A stretch of 63,857 bases of DNA, counting the filler, from Paramecium tetraurelia (Eukaryota): assembly GCA_000165425.1 (NCBI GenBank). It is 7 parts of 5 records of this genome, joined end to end, with 100 filler letters (N's around TTAATTAATTAA, not from the genome) between each part and the next. Parts side by side here need not be neighbours in the genome. Positions count along the whole stretch, not along the records: positions 13,678 to 34,658 come from CT868093.1; 6 more parts are not named here. The stretch is one strand, 5' to 3'. Of the stretch, positions 13,634 to 26,314 are shown in pieces. Position 1 is the first letter of the stretch. Every line of letters begins with the position of its first letter. A program made the translations under genes and the position numbers. The notes under the pieces are model-generated. The model was not told the origin of the DNA. It made no database searches and saw nothing but the letters and a program-made list of their open reading frames with translations.

Positions 13634-15128
13634 NNNNNNNNNNNNNNNNNNNNNNNNNNNNNNNNNNNNNNNNNNNNGTGGCTCCAATATACTCTGCTAG
13701 AGCTAGTACTAGTATCTAGGTTAGGGCGATTAGATTTTTTTTCATTAAAAACATTTTAATACTATTTAATAATGCTTTTTAGATTGTCAGAAGCATTTTC
13801 AATTTGCTGTTTAAGGAGGTGATTTTCAAATAATGTTTAGATTGCACTCTCTCTTTACAATACAATTAAAAAATTGCATTCATCAAAGTTGCTATTGTTT
13901 TGAAATTCTGTTGAATTTTGGAGCAATTTTTTCAGTGGATCTGTAATGTTATTGAAAAAAATTGAATTTGAAGACATTTCAACTATCTTATTTTATGTTA
14001 GAGATGCTTTTATTTATTGACACTCTGACAATATTTCTCTAGTCTATTCTACATTTAATATATGCTATTTTTATAGGATCTTCACACAGGAACGGCAGGA
14101 TATTTATTTTTTTGTTTAAGAATAAACATAGTGACATTCGGAAATGAGATCATACTTCCTATTACATTTCTCATATCTCACAGAAATGGACTTAATTTCT
14201 TTAATTTTATTTTTTCATAATAAATGTCTATTAAAGAATTATCATTAAAATAGATATTATTATAGAAATTTGGAGTTCATTTCTCTCTTTAAAAGCCTTT
14301 TCTTAATTTGAAATTTTAATAATGAGATTCATTGTTTTTCATTTCAATATTTATTTGTTATTTATCATGCCATTTTTTATGATTTAAATATCCTCTCGAA
14401 TGAAACAAACATCTGTGCTTCTTGGTTATTATTTCTTTTCTATTTTAGATATCTATTAATAAAGCAAAAAATATTAAATAGCCTATGTCATTTAAACTCA
14501 TAATTTCTGTTATTTTTCTTATATTAAATGTATCTCCATAAACATTCTATTTATATTTGTATATATTTCTATAAACATGCAATTTTCAGCCTAATCTGTT
14601 ATCATCTCTATATAATGCTCGCTAAATTATCCCTAAAATTTCAATAATTCTAAAGGAGTTTATTAACAATCAGGTTTCATGGAAATTTCTATTTTATACC
14701 GATTATTGAACTTTTCAGTATTTGAATGTAACATTCTTTTGGCTGATGAAATCTTTATTTTTTATCTTTCATAGTTGAATTTAATATTATTTAATTGTAA
14801 TGAAATACTCTTACATAAATAACTTAAAAATTCAACTAAAATGAAATATTATTATTATTAGATGTTTGTTAGTTCTGTAATTTAGTCTTTAAATGATATA
14901 GAAGTGTTTTTAACTTGCTAAAAAAATCATTTAGAAATTAATGAGAAATCTTGACGCTAACAGAATTATAAAATCTTTAAAAATTAGCTGCTACATTCTG
15001 TTATTGTTAAAACAAAAAGGTAGAACTTCAATTTTCATTTCAGATTTAGAAGGAATAAACTCAAATCTTCTAACAATTTAGGTTGTGATTATTTCTGAAA
15101 CTTCAATTAATTATATCTATAACATATT

Positions 15129-16278
15129 ATGGGTAATAAATAAGGATCGGAATTTGGAGGCATTATGTTGAGAACAAAAAAAACCATTTATTTTTCTGGA
15201 GAATTTGTAAAATGTAAATTATCTACTATTTTAGGAAATATATACCTTCACATTATAAAATCAGGTTATCATGGAAACGTCGTTTAATTTTCAATAGTTG
15301 GAAAAGAGAAAACTGAATGGGAAGTTAGTATTGGGAAAGGCGGTACTACACATCATGGGAAAAATGTATTTTACGAAGACTCCTTTGTTATAAATACATA
15401 TTTAAACGAAAACTTAATGGTTGGACAATTTGTTTTTCCTTTTGAATTAGAACTTCCATTAGATCTACTTGGATCTTTCTATCATTCGTATGGTCTCCTT
15501 GCAAGTGTAGGCTACAAAATCAAAGTTCGAATAATATCGAACTCTAAATCAGTTAATAATATCAAGAATGAATAAGAAATTATCATTAGAGAACCAATTT
15601 AAGAAATATTATAAGCTTCTTCAGAAAAAGTGACTTCTAATCTGACAACATGGTGTTGTAAATAACAAGTAGTAAGCATAATATTAAATATAGTTTTGTT
15701 CGATAACCTCAAAAGCAGAGAAAAATTTATATTAATCAGGAGAACTTTTTAACTTAACCTATGATATTGATAATTCATATTGTATGCTTAATCTTGAAAA
15801 AGATGATGTGATTATAATGAGTAGACTAATCATCCGATCTAATTCAGGTGCTTAAAAGAGGTAAGAAGTAAATTAAACTCCGTATCTCGGAGTGGAATAT
15901 AAAAAGGAATGAAGCTATTATCATCCTCATCAACAGGATTTTCATTACAATTGGCCAATGTTAAAAATCCAACCCTTGTTCTCGCACCTTCAACAAATGG
16001 AAATCTTGTGAATTTTTGATATTATGTGATAATAAGCCAAAATTTTGAAGGTACATATATTTAATATACTTTAAGTTTGTACAGATAATAGTTCAAAGCC
16101 AATTTTAGAAGTACCCATAACCCTGTACGCTCTTCTTCCATAGGAATAGTAAGAACCAATCGCGTAGCCTGAAAATTGGTAACCAAAAACCTTTTAACCT
16201 TTCCTTATAAAATCATATAGCATCAACCCTTTCAATAACAAAAGTTTGAAAAAGATGGCTCATCCAATGAACAGCTGA
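15129..16278 (+). CDS. Arrestin-fold (alpha-arrestin-like) protein with probable N-myristoylation site; in-frame TGA at 16017-16019 suggests truncation or pseudogenisation
   Basis: MGNKQGSEFGGIMLRTKKTIYFSGEFVK / intron / NIYLHI..VGKEKTEW..GQFVFPFELELPLDLLGSFYH..ASVGYKIKV, later APSTNGNLVNF*YY and C-terminal QPENWQPKTFQP. These are typical arrestin N- and C-domain motifs. About 3 tiny introns. Confidence 0.8.
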
Positions 16279-16513
16279 TTAATTTGCGAAAATATCCATC
16301 ATAATAATTATATTTATTCTAATAATTATCAATATCAAAAAGGATAGGTAGAATTTCTATGCTTGTGGCCTATTATATTAAAAGAAAAAGTAGAAGTTTG
16401 GAAATATGATTCAATTTTGAAAATGTTATCCAAAGCCTTCTTTTTTGACAAAAATGATATATATATTAAGACTATAAAATAGTAATAGAAAATGATAATA
16501 TTTAAATTAAAAT

Positions 16514-19500
16514 ATGATTTGTCCGATTCATCCTGGCAAAAAAATAAATGTGATATGTATAGAACCTCATGGATGTTAAAAAAAACTATGTAGTGAATGT
16601 TAGTACTACCATGGAGGAGATACGAAATAATATCTCCCTTTCTAAAGAGTCCTTAATAAATTAAAACTCAAAAGTGAAGAATTTCAACTTTATAAATAAT
16701 AATTGAAAGAAAAATTCACATTTCCAGATTTAATCAAATAAATTGATTACCAGTTAATCGGAGTTTGGAAAGACTTAAGAGAATCTTTCTAAAAAATTAA
16801 TGAAGGTATTGAAGACTAAGATATTATATATTTGAATTTAATGAACTCTGGGCTATCACCATCAGAGTATTCTTATTCAGATCTTGAAATATTAATAAAT
16901 ATTTTATAAACCGATGAACTAAATAACTGGAATAAATCAAAATCCCATTACTTCAATTAATCATAATAGGCTACTTTAATGTTGAAATCAGAAGTAGAAA
17001 AATTATAACAATTTATAACAGAATAATTTTAGGGAGTTTTGGCATATAAAAAATAGTAAGAGTATGATGGTTTTCTGGATGCCAAATCTAAATCAACGAA
17101 AACTAAATGTCAAATAATATACACTAAGTTTAATGAAATTTAGTATAAATGCAATGGTGAAATTCTTTAGACGTAGAAATTAATATTTATAATAGGATTA
17201 TAATTTATGATTTACTAAATAAGCCACAAATAATTAAAAATCTAGATGTCCTCAAGCACGTTCATTGGAAAGGTGAATTAGGGAATGATTACAAGAAAGT
17301 AGGCTTATGGACAGCAGAATGGATGGATACAAAACAAATAGTTTCTTGTGGTTCGTACTCTTAAAATGGAATGAAATATGGTTATTGGATAGAAATGGTT
17401 AAAGATTATTTTCAAGAAATGAATCTTTTAGAAGTGGGCGAATATGTGAATAATCTGAGGCAAGGGACGTGGAAGTATTGCTATAACTTTGAATATATGT
17501 ATTAATTTTGATTATTAATTAAAAGTGGAGGGGGAAATTATAATGAATAAGCAGAGAAGATTGGATATTGGATTGATTATCGATTTAGAAAAATAAATCT
17601 TCAGTATGAAGGATTGTATGAGAGAAGTAAAAGAATTGGGAAATGGAAGATATCTGAATTTATAAAGAATAGACGGTAAAAATTAAGTAAATCAAACTAG
17701 TTCTTTCTTTGGATCATATAATGGAGGAGAAAAATCATTAAAGAATGGGGAGTGGACTGAAATTATTGAATTTCATGAGCATTAAGGAAAATATGAAAAT
17801 GGGAAAAAGGTTGGCAGATGGAAAATTAGAACCTTTTAATCTTCATATGGGGAAAACGACTCCTTGAATTCTTTTGAAAGAAAATGGTTAGATGAATAGT
17901 ATTAGAGCACATATGAGAACATAAAGATAAGGAGCGTTGGTGGACTTTTTTAAAATGGAATTAAAATTGGAACATGGTTAGAGCCTGATAGCTATAAACT
18001 CACAATTTCATATGGGGGAGAATATAGGAACGGCAAAAAGGTTGGTTTATGGACTATTGAACATTGTGGAAAACATATGTATATCTTTGATATTAATAAC
18101 AATGTAGTGGTGGTGGAGAGTATAGCAATGAAGGTAATGATATAAAAATTGGAAAATGGATTGAGTTTGTCAAATTGAAGTCTATGTTTCTTTATGAAGG
18201 AGAATATAAGAAAGGCAAAAAGGTCGGTTTATGGACTCTTAGATATTGTCACTAATCCTGGGAGACCTTAGAAATTAATAACAATTAAATTTGTGGTGGT
18301 GGAGTTTATTGCGATGAAGGTGATGGCATTAAAATTGGAAGGTGGATAGAGGTTTCAAATAACCTCCATTTTGAGAACAACCTCCATTTTTGGAATGGCG
18401 TGTTTAAAAATGGGAAAAAAATTGGAAGATGGGATTCAACCTATACCAAGAATACCTATACCAAGATTAACCCACTTTTTATAAAGTATAATTCACTATA
18501 TATCATAATTTTCAGTAGTGGAGGATCTTACAGTTAGGAAGGGGATGAAATTAAAATTGGGAAATGGATTGAATTTGAAAATAGAAAAGGGGCATTTATT
18601 TACAGTGGGGTTTATCAATAAGGAAAAAAGGTTGGTAATTGGGATATCAGTTGTACAAATTGGTAAAGTAAGGAAAACTCATTTACTATAATGTATATAC
18701 ATTATCAATATTCTTAGAGGTGGAGGGTCTTATGATGAAAAAGAAAATTTTTTTAAGACTGGTTAGTGGTGTGAATTGAGGTCGGGTTAGTATGATTATT
18801 TTACTTACTATTTGGGTTAATATAAAAATGATAAAAAAATTGGATGGTGGGATATATTAGTGAAAGATGCATCAAACAGATAGTATAATATTAAACAAAA
18901 TAGTTATTCTAGTGAAATATAAAGTAAAGATTCAGGGTATAGAAATAATAAGGGATTATTTCTAGAAATTCAAGGATTTTATGGGCAGGCATAATTGAGT
19001 TAAAATGTTGGTACACAATATAACCAAGATTAAGAATAGGAATAATACATTTTTATGTAACGCCTAAATTTATAAACTATTTAGAGGGGGAGGATAATAT
19101 GATATAAAGGGTCTTAAAATAGGCTAGTGGCTTGATTTTAATGAGATGATTGTTGATGTCGGTTAATATTTGAACGGGGAAAAGATGGGACAATGGAATT
19201 CTTGGTCTTGGTCTCATTCTAATAAGAATTATACATTTATGTAAATATTATTATTCACGTATAGTTGTGAGGGGTAATATTAAAAAGATTGTAAAATAGG
19301 GAAGTGGATTGCAAATGGCAATACGGGTTAATACTCAAAAAATAATAAGGTTGGGATGTGGAATAATTAAAAACCTCATTAGTGGAGTTATTACGATTCT
19401 AATGGAATCAAGATTTTTTCAAATCCATTATATTTAAATGAATCTAAAGCAATATTATGGGAAGGAGAATTTAAGGATAGTAAAAAAATTGGAAGATGGG

Positions 19501-22500
19501 ATATTTTACTTCGTTCTACTGTAATGTAAATATCGAATTTAAACTTATCATTAGCGGAGGAGGATCTTATGATAATGAAGGAAGTTGTATGAAGATTGGG
19601 AAATGGATAGAGATATCTTATGAATAGAATATATTTTGTGGCGAGTATAAAGATAATAAAAAAATTGGTTATTGGGAAGAATATGATAATTAAATGATAA
19701 GGGGAAATTGTAAATAAATTGAAATTATTTCAAATATATATTATAGTTAATCAGGAATAAGGATTTTTAGGAGTGGAAAGTATTTGTTTTTCATTAATTA
19801 TAATTAGACCTGATGTTGTACTATGGGTAGGAGAGTTTATAGATAATAAAAAAATTGGAAGGTGGAATATTTTATATAAATCTATTGAAGGAAAATATAA
19901 GGAATTGTAAACTTATAAAAATACATCTATCATTAGAGGAGGAGGATTTTATGATAATGAAGGAATGAAGATTGGAAAATGGGTAGAATAATGGAAAGGA
20001 TTGAAGACATATGCTGGAGTTTATAAAAATAATAAAAAAATTGGTTTATGGAAAGTCTTAGATTAAGATCTTATTAGGTAAAATCAAATATAATTCTAAA
20101 AAATGTAGTTCTTTTAGGAATTATGATGATAAAGGAAATGTGATTTATAGTAGCGAAGAGTATTATTGAATCGTTATAATTATTTAGACTTAATGTTTAT
20201 TCTTGGGGTGGACTATTCAATGGGAAGATAAAGATTGGGAGATGGGATATACTTTTTAAAGCTAAAAGGTCTACATATTATAAAGAAATGTAAATTTGAA
20301 AGAATACAATTATTATTAGCGGAGGAGGATCATATGATAGTGATGGAAGTGATATGAAGATTGGCAAATGGATAGAGTTGAAAGATGAATATAATATATA
20401 TTGTGGTGAGTATAAAGATAACAAAAAAATTGGCTTATGGAAAGAATAAACTTAGGATAATGGGGAGATTATGTAAAATTAACTATAATTCTAAAATATA
20501 GTTCGTTTATGAATTATGATGATGAAGGAGACGAGATTTTTAGAAAAGGATTGTCTTAGTGAGTCATTATAATTTATTAATTAGACCTAAAGAGGTTGTG
20601 TTGATGGGAAATTTCAAAGGCCTCAAAAAGCTTGGAAGGTGGGAAGTGCTTATTTAGGGTTAAAAAGGTTATAAAGAAAGGTAAAATTTGAGGAATACAA
20701 TTTTAATTAGTGGAGGAGGATTCTATGACAACTCAGGGGGTGAAATAAAGATTGGCGAATGGATTGAATATATGTATGAGAGTGGAAATGGATAACCAAA
20801 AAATAAGCTACTCCGTTATTAAGGTGAATATCGTAATGGTAAAAAATTTGGAAGGTGGGAATGCACTTGCGAAGGAACTAATGCAAAGTAGTCTTTACTA
20901 AAAATATATTTTAGGGGTGGCGGATTCTATGATTAAAATGGAGATAAGATTGGCAAATGGAAAGAAATTATTAGCGATAAAGAAATTATTTTTTATGGTG
21001 AATATTATCAAGGTAAACGAGTTGGTCAATGGAAAATAATTTCTTAGGCGGATCATGAATAAGAAAACAAGGAATTCATAATGTAAATATTAAAAAATAA
21101 TTCTTTTAGTGGTGGTGGAACTTACGATTAGACAGGGCGTAAAACTGGAAAATGGACCTTGTGTAATTCATTCAAGAGCATTTAGAAGCAGGAGAATATG
21201 AAAATGACATATAAGTTGGTGTTTGGACTATTGTTCATTCATTATATTAAAATGAAACCGATATCTATTTTGTTTGTGGCTTGGGTTATTATGATAAAGG
21301 ATTAAAAAATGGTAAATGGATAGAATTAAGTGATTTGGACATTAGTTCATATAGAATAAGTTATCAGGGTGTTTATCAAAAAGGTTGTAAGGTTGGTATA
21401 TGGGATATTCTCTGTTAACCTAAGGATCTGGAGCAATTTAGCTTGATGTAAATATCAATTCAAAAATAAAATATATATTTTAGTGGTGGAGGATCCTATG
21501 ATACAAAGGGAGAGGGAGTTAAGTCTGGGGTATGGATTGAGCTGATTAAGAAGGATTATAATGATGATATACTATACTTTGGATAATATTAAAAAGATAA
21601 AAAAGTTGGCAAATGGAGGTTATTTATATATTCAAAACAAAATCATGAAGATGATATTTATAAAGATGTAGTACAGTTTACTACTGGCTTTTCCAATGAT
21701 CATTAACAAATTGGTCATGATAATGATGCAAATAGAGGCTTGGTTTAGAATTTCGAATAGTAAAGAATAACATTAATGTTAAAATTTATTCATAATTTAT
21801 TTAGTGGTGGAGGATCTTATGATACAGAATGTGAAGGGCTTAAAACTGGAGGATGGTTTGAGCTGATTGATGTGGATTCTAAGAATGGCGAGATACTATA
21901 CTATGGATAATATTAAAAAGATAAAAAAGTTGGCAAATGGTAATTTTTTTAATATGGGTCTTGGTGTCGAAATAATGCGCCATTTCGAAATTTGTTGCAG
22001 TTTATTACTGGCTTAACTGATGATCGTTAAGACATTGGTCAGGATAATTATGCATATGAGAGCGGTGTATAGGATTTGAAAAAATTAATAATGTTACCTT
22101 TTATTCATAAATTATTTAGTGGTGGAGGATCATATGATAGTGATGGAAGTGGTATGAAGATTGGTCAATGGATAGAGCGGAAAGATGAATGTCATATATA
22201 TTGTGGTGAGTATAAAGATAACAAAAAAATTGGCTTATGGAAAGAATTAAATTAGTAAAAGAGGATTAAGTAAAATCAAATATAATTCTAAAATATAGGT
22301 CTTGTATGAATTATGATGATGAAGGAAATGAGATTTATAGAAGCGGATTGTATTTGTGAATCATTATCAATTAATAGTCCTTAAAAAATTCTGAGGATTG
22401 GAGAGTTCAAAGGGAAGAAAAAGATTGGGAGATGGAGTATACTTACTACTGAAACATCCGCTAACTAAGACGAAATGTAAATTTGAAAGAATACAATTAT

Positions 22501-24580
22501 TATTAGCGGAGGAGGATCATATGATAGTGATGGAAGTGGTATGAAGATTGGCAAATGGATAGAGTTGAAAGATGAATATAATATATATTGTGGTGAGTAT
22601 AAAGATAACAAAAAAATTGGCTTATGGAAAGAATTAAATTAGTAAAAGAGGATTAAGTAAAATCAAATATAATTCTAAAATATAGGTCTTGTATGAATTA
22701 TGATGATGAAGGAAATGAGATTTATAGAAGCGGATTGTATTTGTGAATAATTATAATTTACTAGTCCTTAAAAAATTCTGAGGATTGGAGAATTTAGAGG
22801 CGACAAAAAAGTTGGGAGGTGGGAAATTTTATTGCAAAAATAAATTTCTAAATGTGATAGTAGTATTATTAGTGGTGGTGGAACTTATGATGAAGAAGGT
22901 TATGGAATGAAGATTGGAAGATGGATAGATTTTAGTGATGGAATAACAACTTTCATAGTTGAAGATGGGGAATACAAAGCCAATAAAAAAGTTGGGTTAT
23001 GGAAAAAATATCTCCTGACCTCCGAAGATGCTGACGAATAAATGTTAGTGTAATAATATCTTTATTTTTGTGACTTAGTGGATGCTCTAATTATGATGAT
23101 CAAGGAATAGAAATATATAAAAGTCAAATGTATTTTTTATAAAAATGATAAAGGCCCTCAAAATTAATATTTATAGGAGAAGTGAGATGTTGTAAAAAAG
23201 TGGGCGAATGGAAAATTTTGAGATGGGTTGAGGATTTTAATACAAAGAAGAAATCTTATATTTAAATGTAATTCTAATATCTTCCATTCAATATTTTAGT
23301 GGTGGTGGATATTATAATGAAGGGATTAAGATTGGTAAATGGGAAGAGGTGATAAATTACACATAAAATATTGATTGGTTACTTAGGCTCGCTGGAGAAT
23401 ATTCAAATGGTAAAAAAGTTGGCAGATGGGATATTTTTAGATTGTGAAAAAATTACGTAAAATTGTGAAGTAAAAATTTTTTAGAGGTGGTTTTTATGAT
23501 GATGATGGAATTAAAATTGGAAACTGGATCGAGCACATTAATTCTTATCATTTTTTTCAAGGTGGATATGAAAAAGGAAAAAAATTTGGTAGATGGGACC
23601 TTCTCAATTACCATCATGATATAATGTAATACAAAGCAGTTACAATAATTTATAGTGTAGGTGGATTATATTATGGAAGTTTGGATATTAAGTAGGGCTA
23701 ATGGATTGAAATAAAAGATCATGAAGGAGGAAGCCTCTTCTATTGTGGAGAGTATTAATTAGGGAAGAAAATTGGAAGATGGAATATTACTTGGGGCCTG
23801 GATTTAAATAAACCAACTATTATAGGAGGAGGAGAATATTCTGATGGAGTGAAGACTGGAAAATGGAGAAAGATAAGAAATGGATACTCCGAAATGTTTT
23901 CAGAAGGTTACTATAACAATGGCAAAAAGGGTTGGGCACTGTTGGTATTTGTTTTCTAGAAAAAGATAAGAATAAGAATATATGTAATAATTTTTCTAAC
24001 TATTTTAGTGGTAGCGGATCATATAGTTTTGGATAAAATGAGATAAAAATTGGAAATTGGATTGAATTTAGCGATTATCCAGTTCAATATTAAGGTGAAT
24101 ATTAAAAACGGTAAGAAAATTGGATGGTGGGATTAAAAATATATGGATCAGCCACATATAACGTAACTTTAATATATTATAGAAAAAATTTTAGAGGTGG
24201 AGGAGCATATGATGGAGATGGGAATAAAATTGACGAGTGGATAGACATTTGCGAATGGTCTATGGACAAATTATTAATAATTGAGAAAGGGGGATATAAG
24301 AAAGGTAAAAAAGTAGGTTTATGGGAATATTTTTATGACACAGTATTAATGTAAATATTATACCTGAATCTATTTAAGTGGTGGTGGGTAATATGACGAA
24401 TCAGGTGACGAGATTAAGATTGGAAATTGGGTTGAATTTTGTGAACAATCTATGTATAATTTAGCAGTTACCTGGAAAGGGGAGTATAAAAATGGGAAAA
24501 AAGTTGGTGTTTGGGTGGAAATAATAGGGCCTGTGACTAAATGCTGTTAATAGGTCTCATCAATCAATTACGATGATTGA
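16514..24580 (+). CDS. Giant MORN-variant repeat protein: N-terminal Cys/His zinc-finger-like segment and coiled coil, then roughly 35-40 GGGxYxxxGxKIGxWxE...YxGEYKNGKKVGxW repeats
   Basis: Starts MICPIHPGKKINVICIEPHGCQKKLCSECQYYHG. Repeats run from about 17250 to the TGA at 24578-24580, most separated by phase-2 GT..AG introns of about 25-32 nt just before the GGG motif. One apparent +1 in an A-run at 24104-24108. Confidence 0.85.
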
Positions 24581-26314
24581 AATATATCAAAATAAACAAT
24601 AATAATTATAATGAATGGCTAAATATAATTTTGATTTCCTTACATTTTCATAATTGTCTTATTGTAGGATCTGATAATTTTTAAGTTTTTGGATTCTTCT
24701 TACCATCAAATACAACTTTGAAACTATTTCATCATCAAGAATGGCGATTTAGAATCGTTTATTAGTATTATTTTCATTTATTAAGTTGTTAAGGGTATTA
24801 ACTTTATGTCCAATTAATTAAAGGAGATTGAAACAAAGTTTTAAATTTCTCAAAAAAATAGTCATTTCATCAATTCCTGTCATAATTTCTGTATAATTCC
24901 AATAATTATAATTTAAAAATTCATTCTTTCAAATCAGGACAATTAAGTATTGATTTTGATCCATTTTTTTTTGATTTAGATGAATAACCCATTTGTATAT
25001 ATATTTATATGAGTAAAATTTACACTCTGAGATTCTCACACTTTGAGAATTTTTGGAAAGGCAAATGATTTGAGAACTACTTCTAAAAAATCATATATAC
25101 TTGTACTCATTTAATCATATCATTATTCAGATATTCAAATTTTTCTGCAATTATTTCTTAGGCTAGAAATTCTAGAAATAGCTAATTACATAGAAATTCG
25201 TTTAGTTAATTTAATGTATAAAATAAATATAATATATAAAGACACTTATAATTAATAACTTAAATGATTTCACATTTGATTTTACCTACATATTTCTTAT
25301 TTCGAGACATCTTCGATTTTCGTATAAATTAGAATCTAGACAATGTAATTCATTACCATGGTATAAGAAAATGGAACTTATGATTTCTTTGATAATCTTT
25401 TTTATCTTTAACTGAAAAGATTAATCCATCCGCACTATCGGGTGGAGCTCAACCAAAGAATTTAAAAATAATTGATGATAGCTTTAAAATAATGACATCT
25501 GATGAATTCACCAATCCATTTAGGACTAAATTCTGAAAAAATTTATGATTTACTAATAATAATTATCACTATAATTTATAAAGATGGTGACATCTTTGTA
25601 TATTCAATTTACCTAGGTAAGCTTATGAATATTGAAAGGATTTAGGAGGAACAGCAGCAGCTAGCATATGTTATTTATTTTTTAAATAGAGAAAGAGACT
25701 GGAAATGATTATATTAGTTTAAGNNNNNNNNNNNNNNNNNNNNNNNNNNNNNNNNNNNNNNNNNNNNNNNNNNNNNNNNNNNNNNNNNNNNNNNNNNNNN
25801 NNNNNNNNNNNNNNNNNNNNNNNNNNNNNNNNNNNNNNNNNNNNNNNNNNNNNNNNNNNNNNNNNNNNNNNNNNNNNNNNNNNNNNNNNNNNNNNNNNNN
25901 NNNNNNNNNNNNNNNNNNNNNNNNNNNNNNNNNNNNNNNNNNNNNNNNNNNNNNNNNNNNNNNNNNNNNNNNNNNNNNNNNNNNNNNNNNNNNNNNNNNN
26001 NNNNNNNNNNNNNNNNNNNNNNNNNNNNNNNNNNNNNNNNNNNNNNNNNNNNNNNNNNNNNNNNNNNNNNNNNNNNNNNNNNNNNNNNNNNNNNNNNNNN
26101 NNNNNNNNNNNNNNNNNNNNNNNNNNNNNNNNNNNNNNNNNNNNNNNNNNNNNNNNNNNNNNNNNNNNNNNNNNNNNNNNNNNNNNNNNNNNNNNNNNNN
26201 NNNNNNNNNNNNNNNNNNNNNNNNNNNNNNNNNNNNNNNNNNNNNNNNNNNNNNNNNNNNNNNNNNNNNNNNNNNNNNNNNNNNNNNNNNNNNNNNNNNN
26301 NNNNNNNNNNNNNN

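Noticed and set aside
13678..14218. Minus-strand open stretch with a Cys-containing N-terminus
   Set aside because: No clean start, frame changes are needed, no recognisable domain is present, and it is truncated by the scaffold end.
18361..18470. Micro-duplications AACCTCCATTTT and ACCTATACCAAGA as target-site duplications
   Set aside because: They are in-frame slippage duplications inside variable loops, with no inserted element between the copies.
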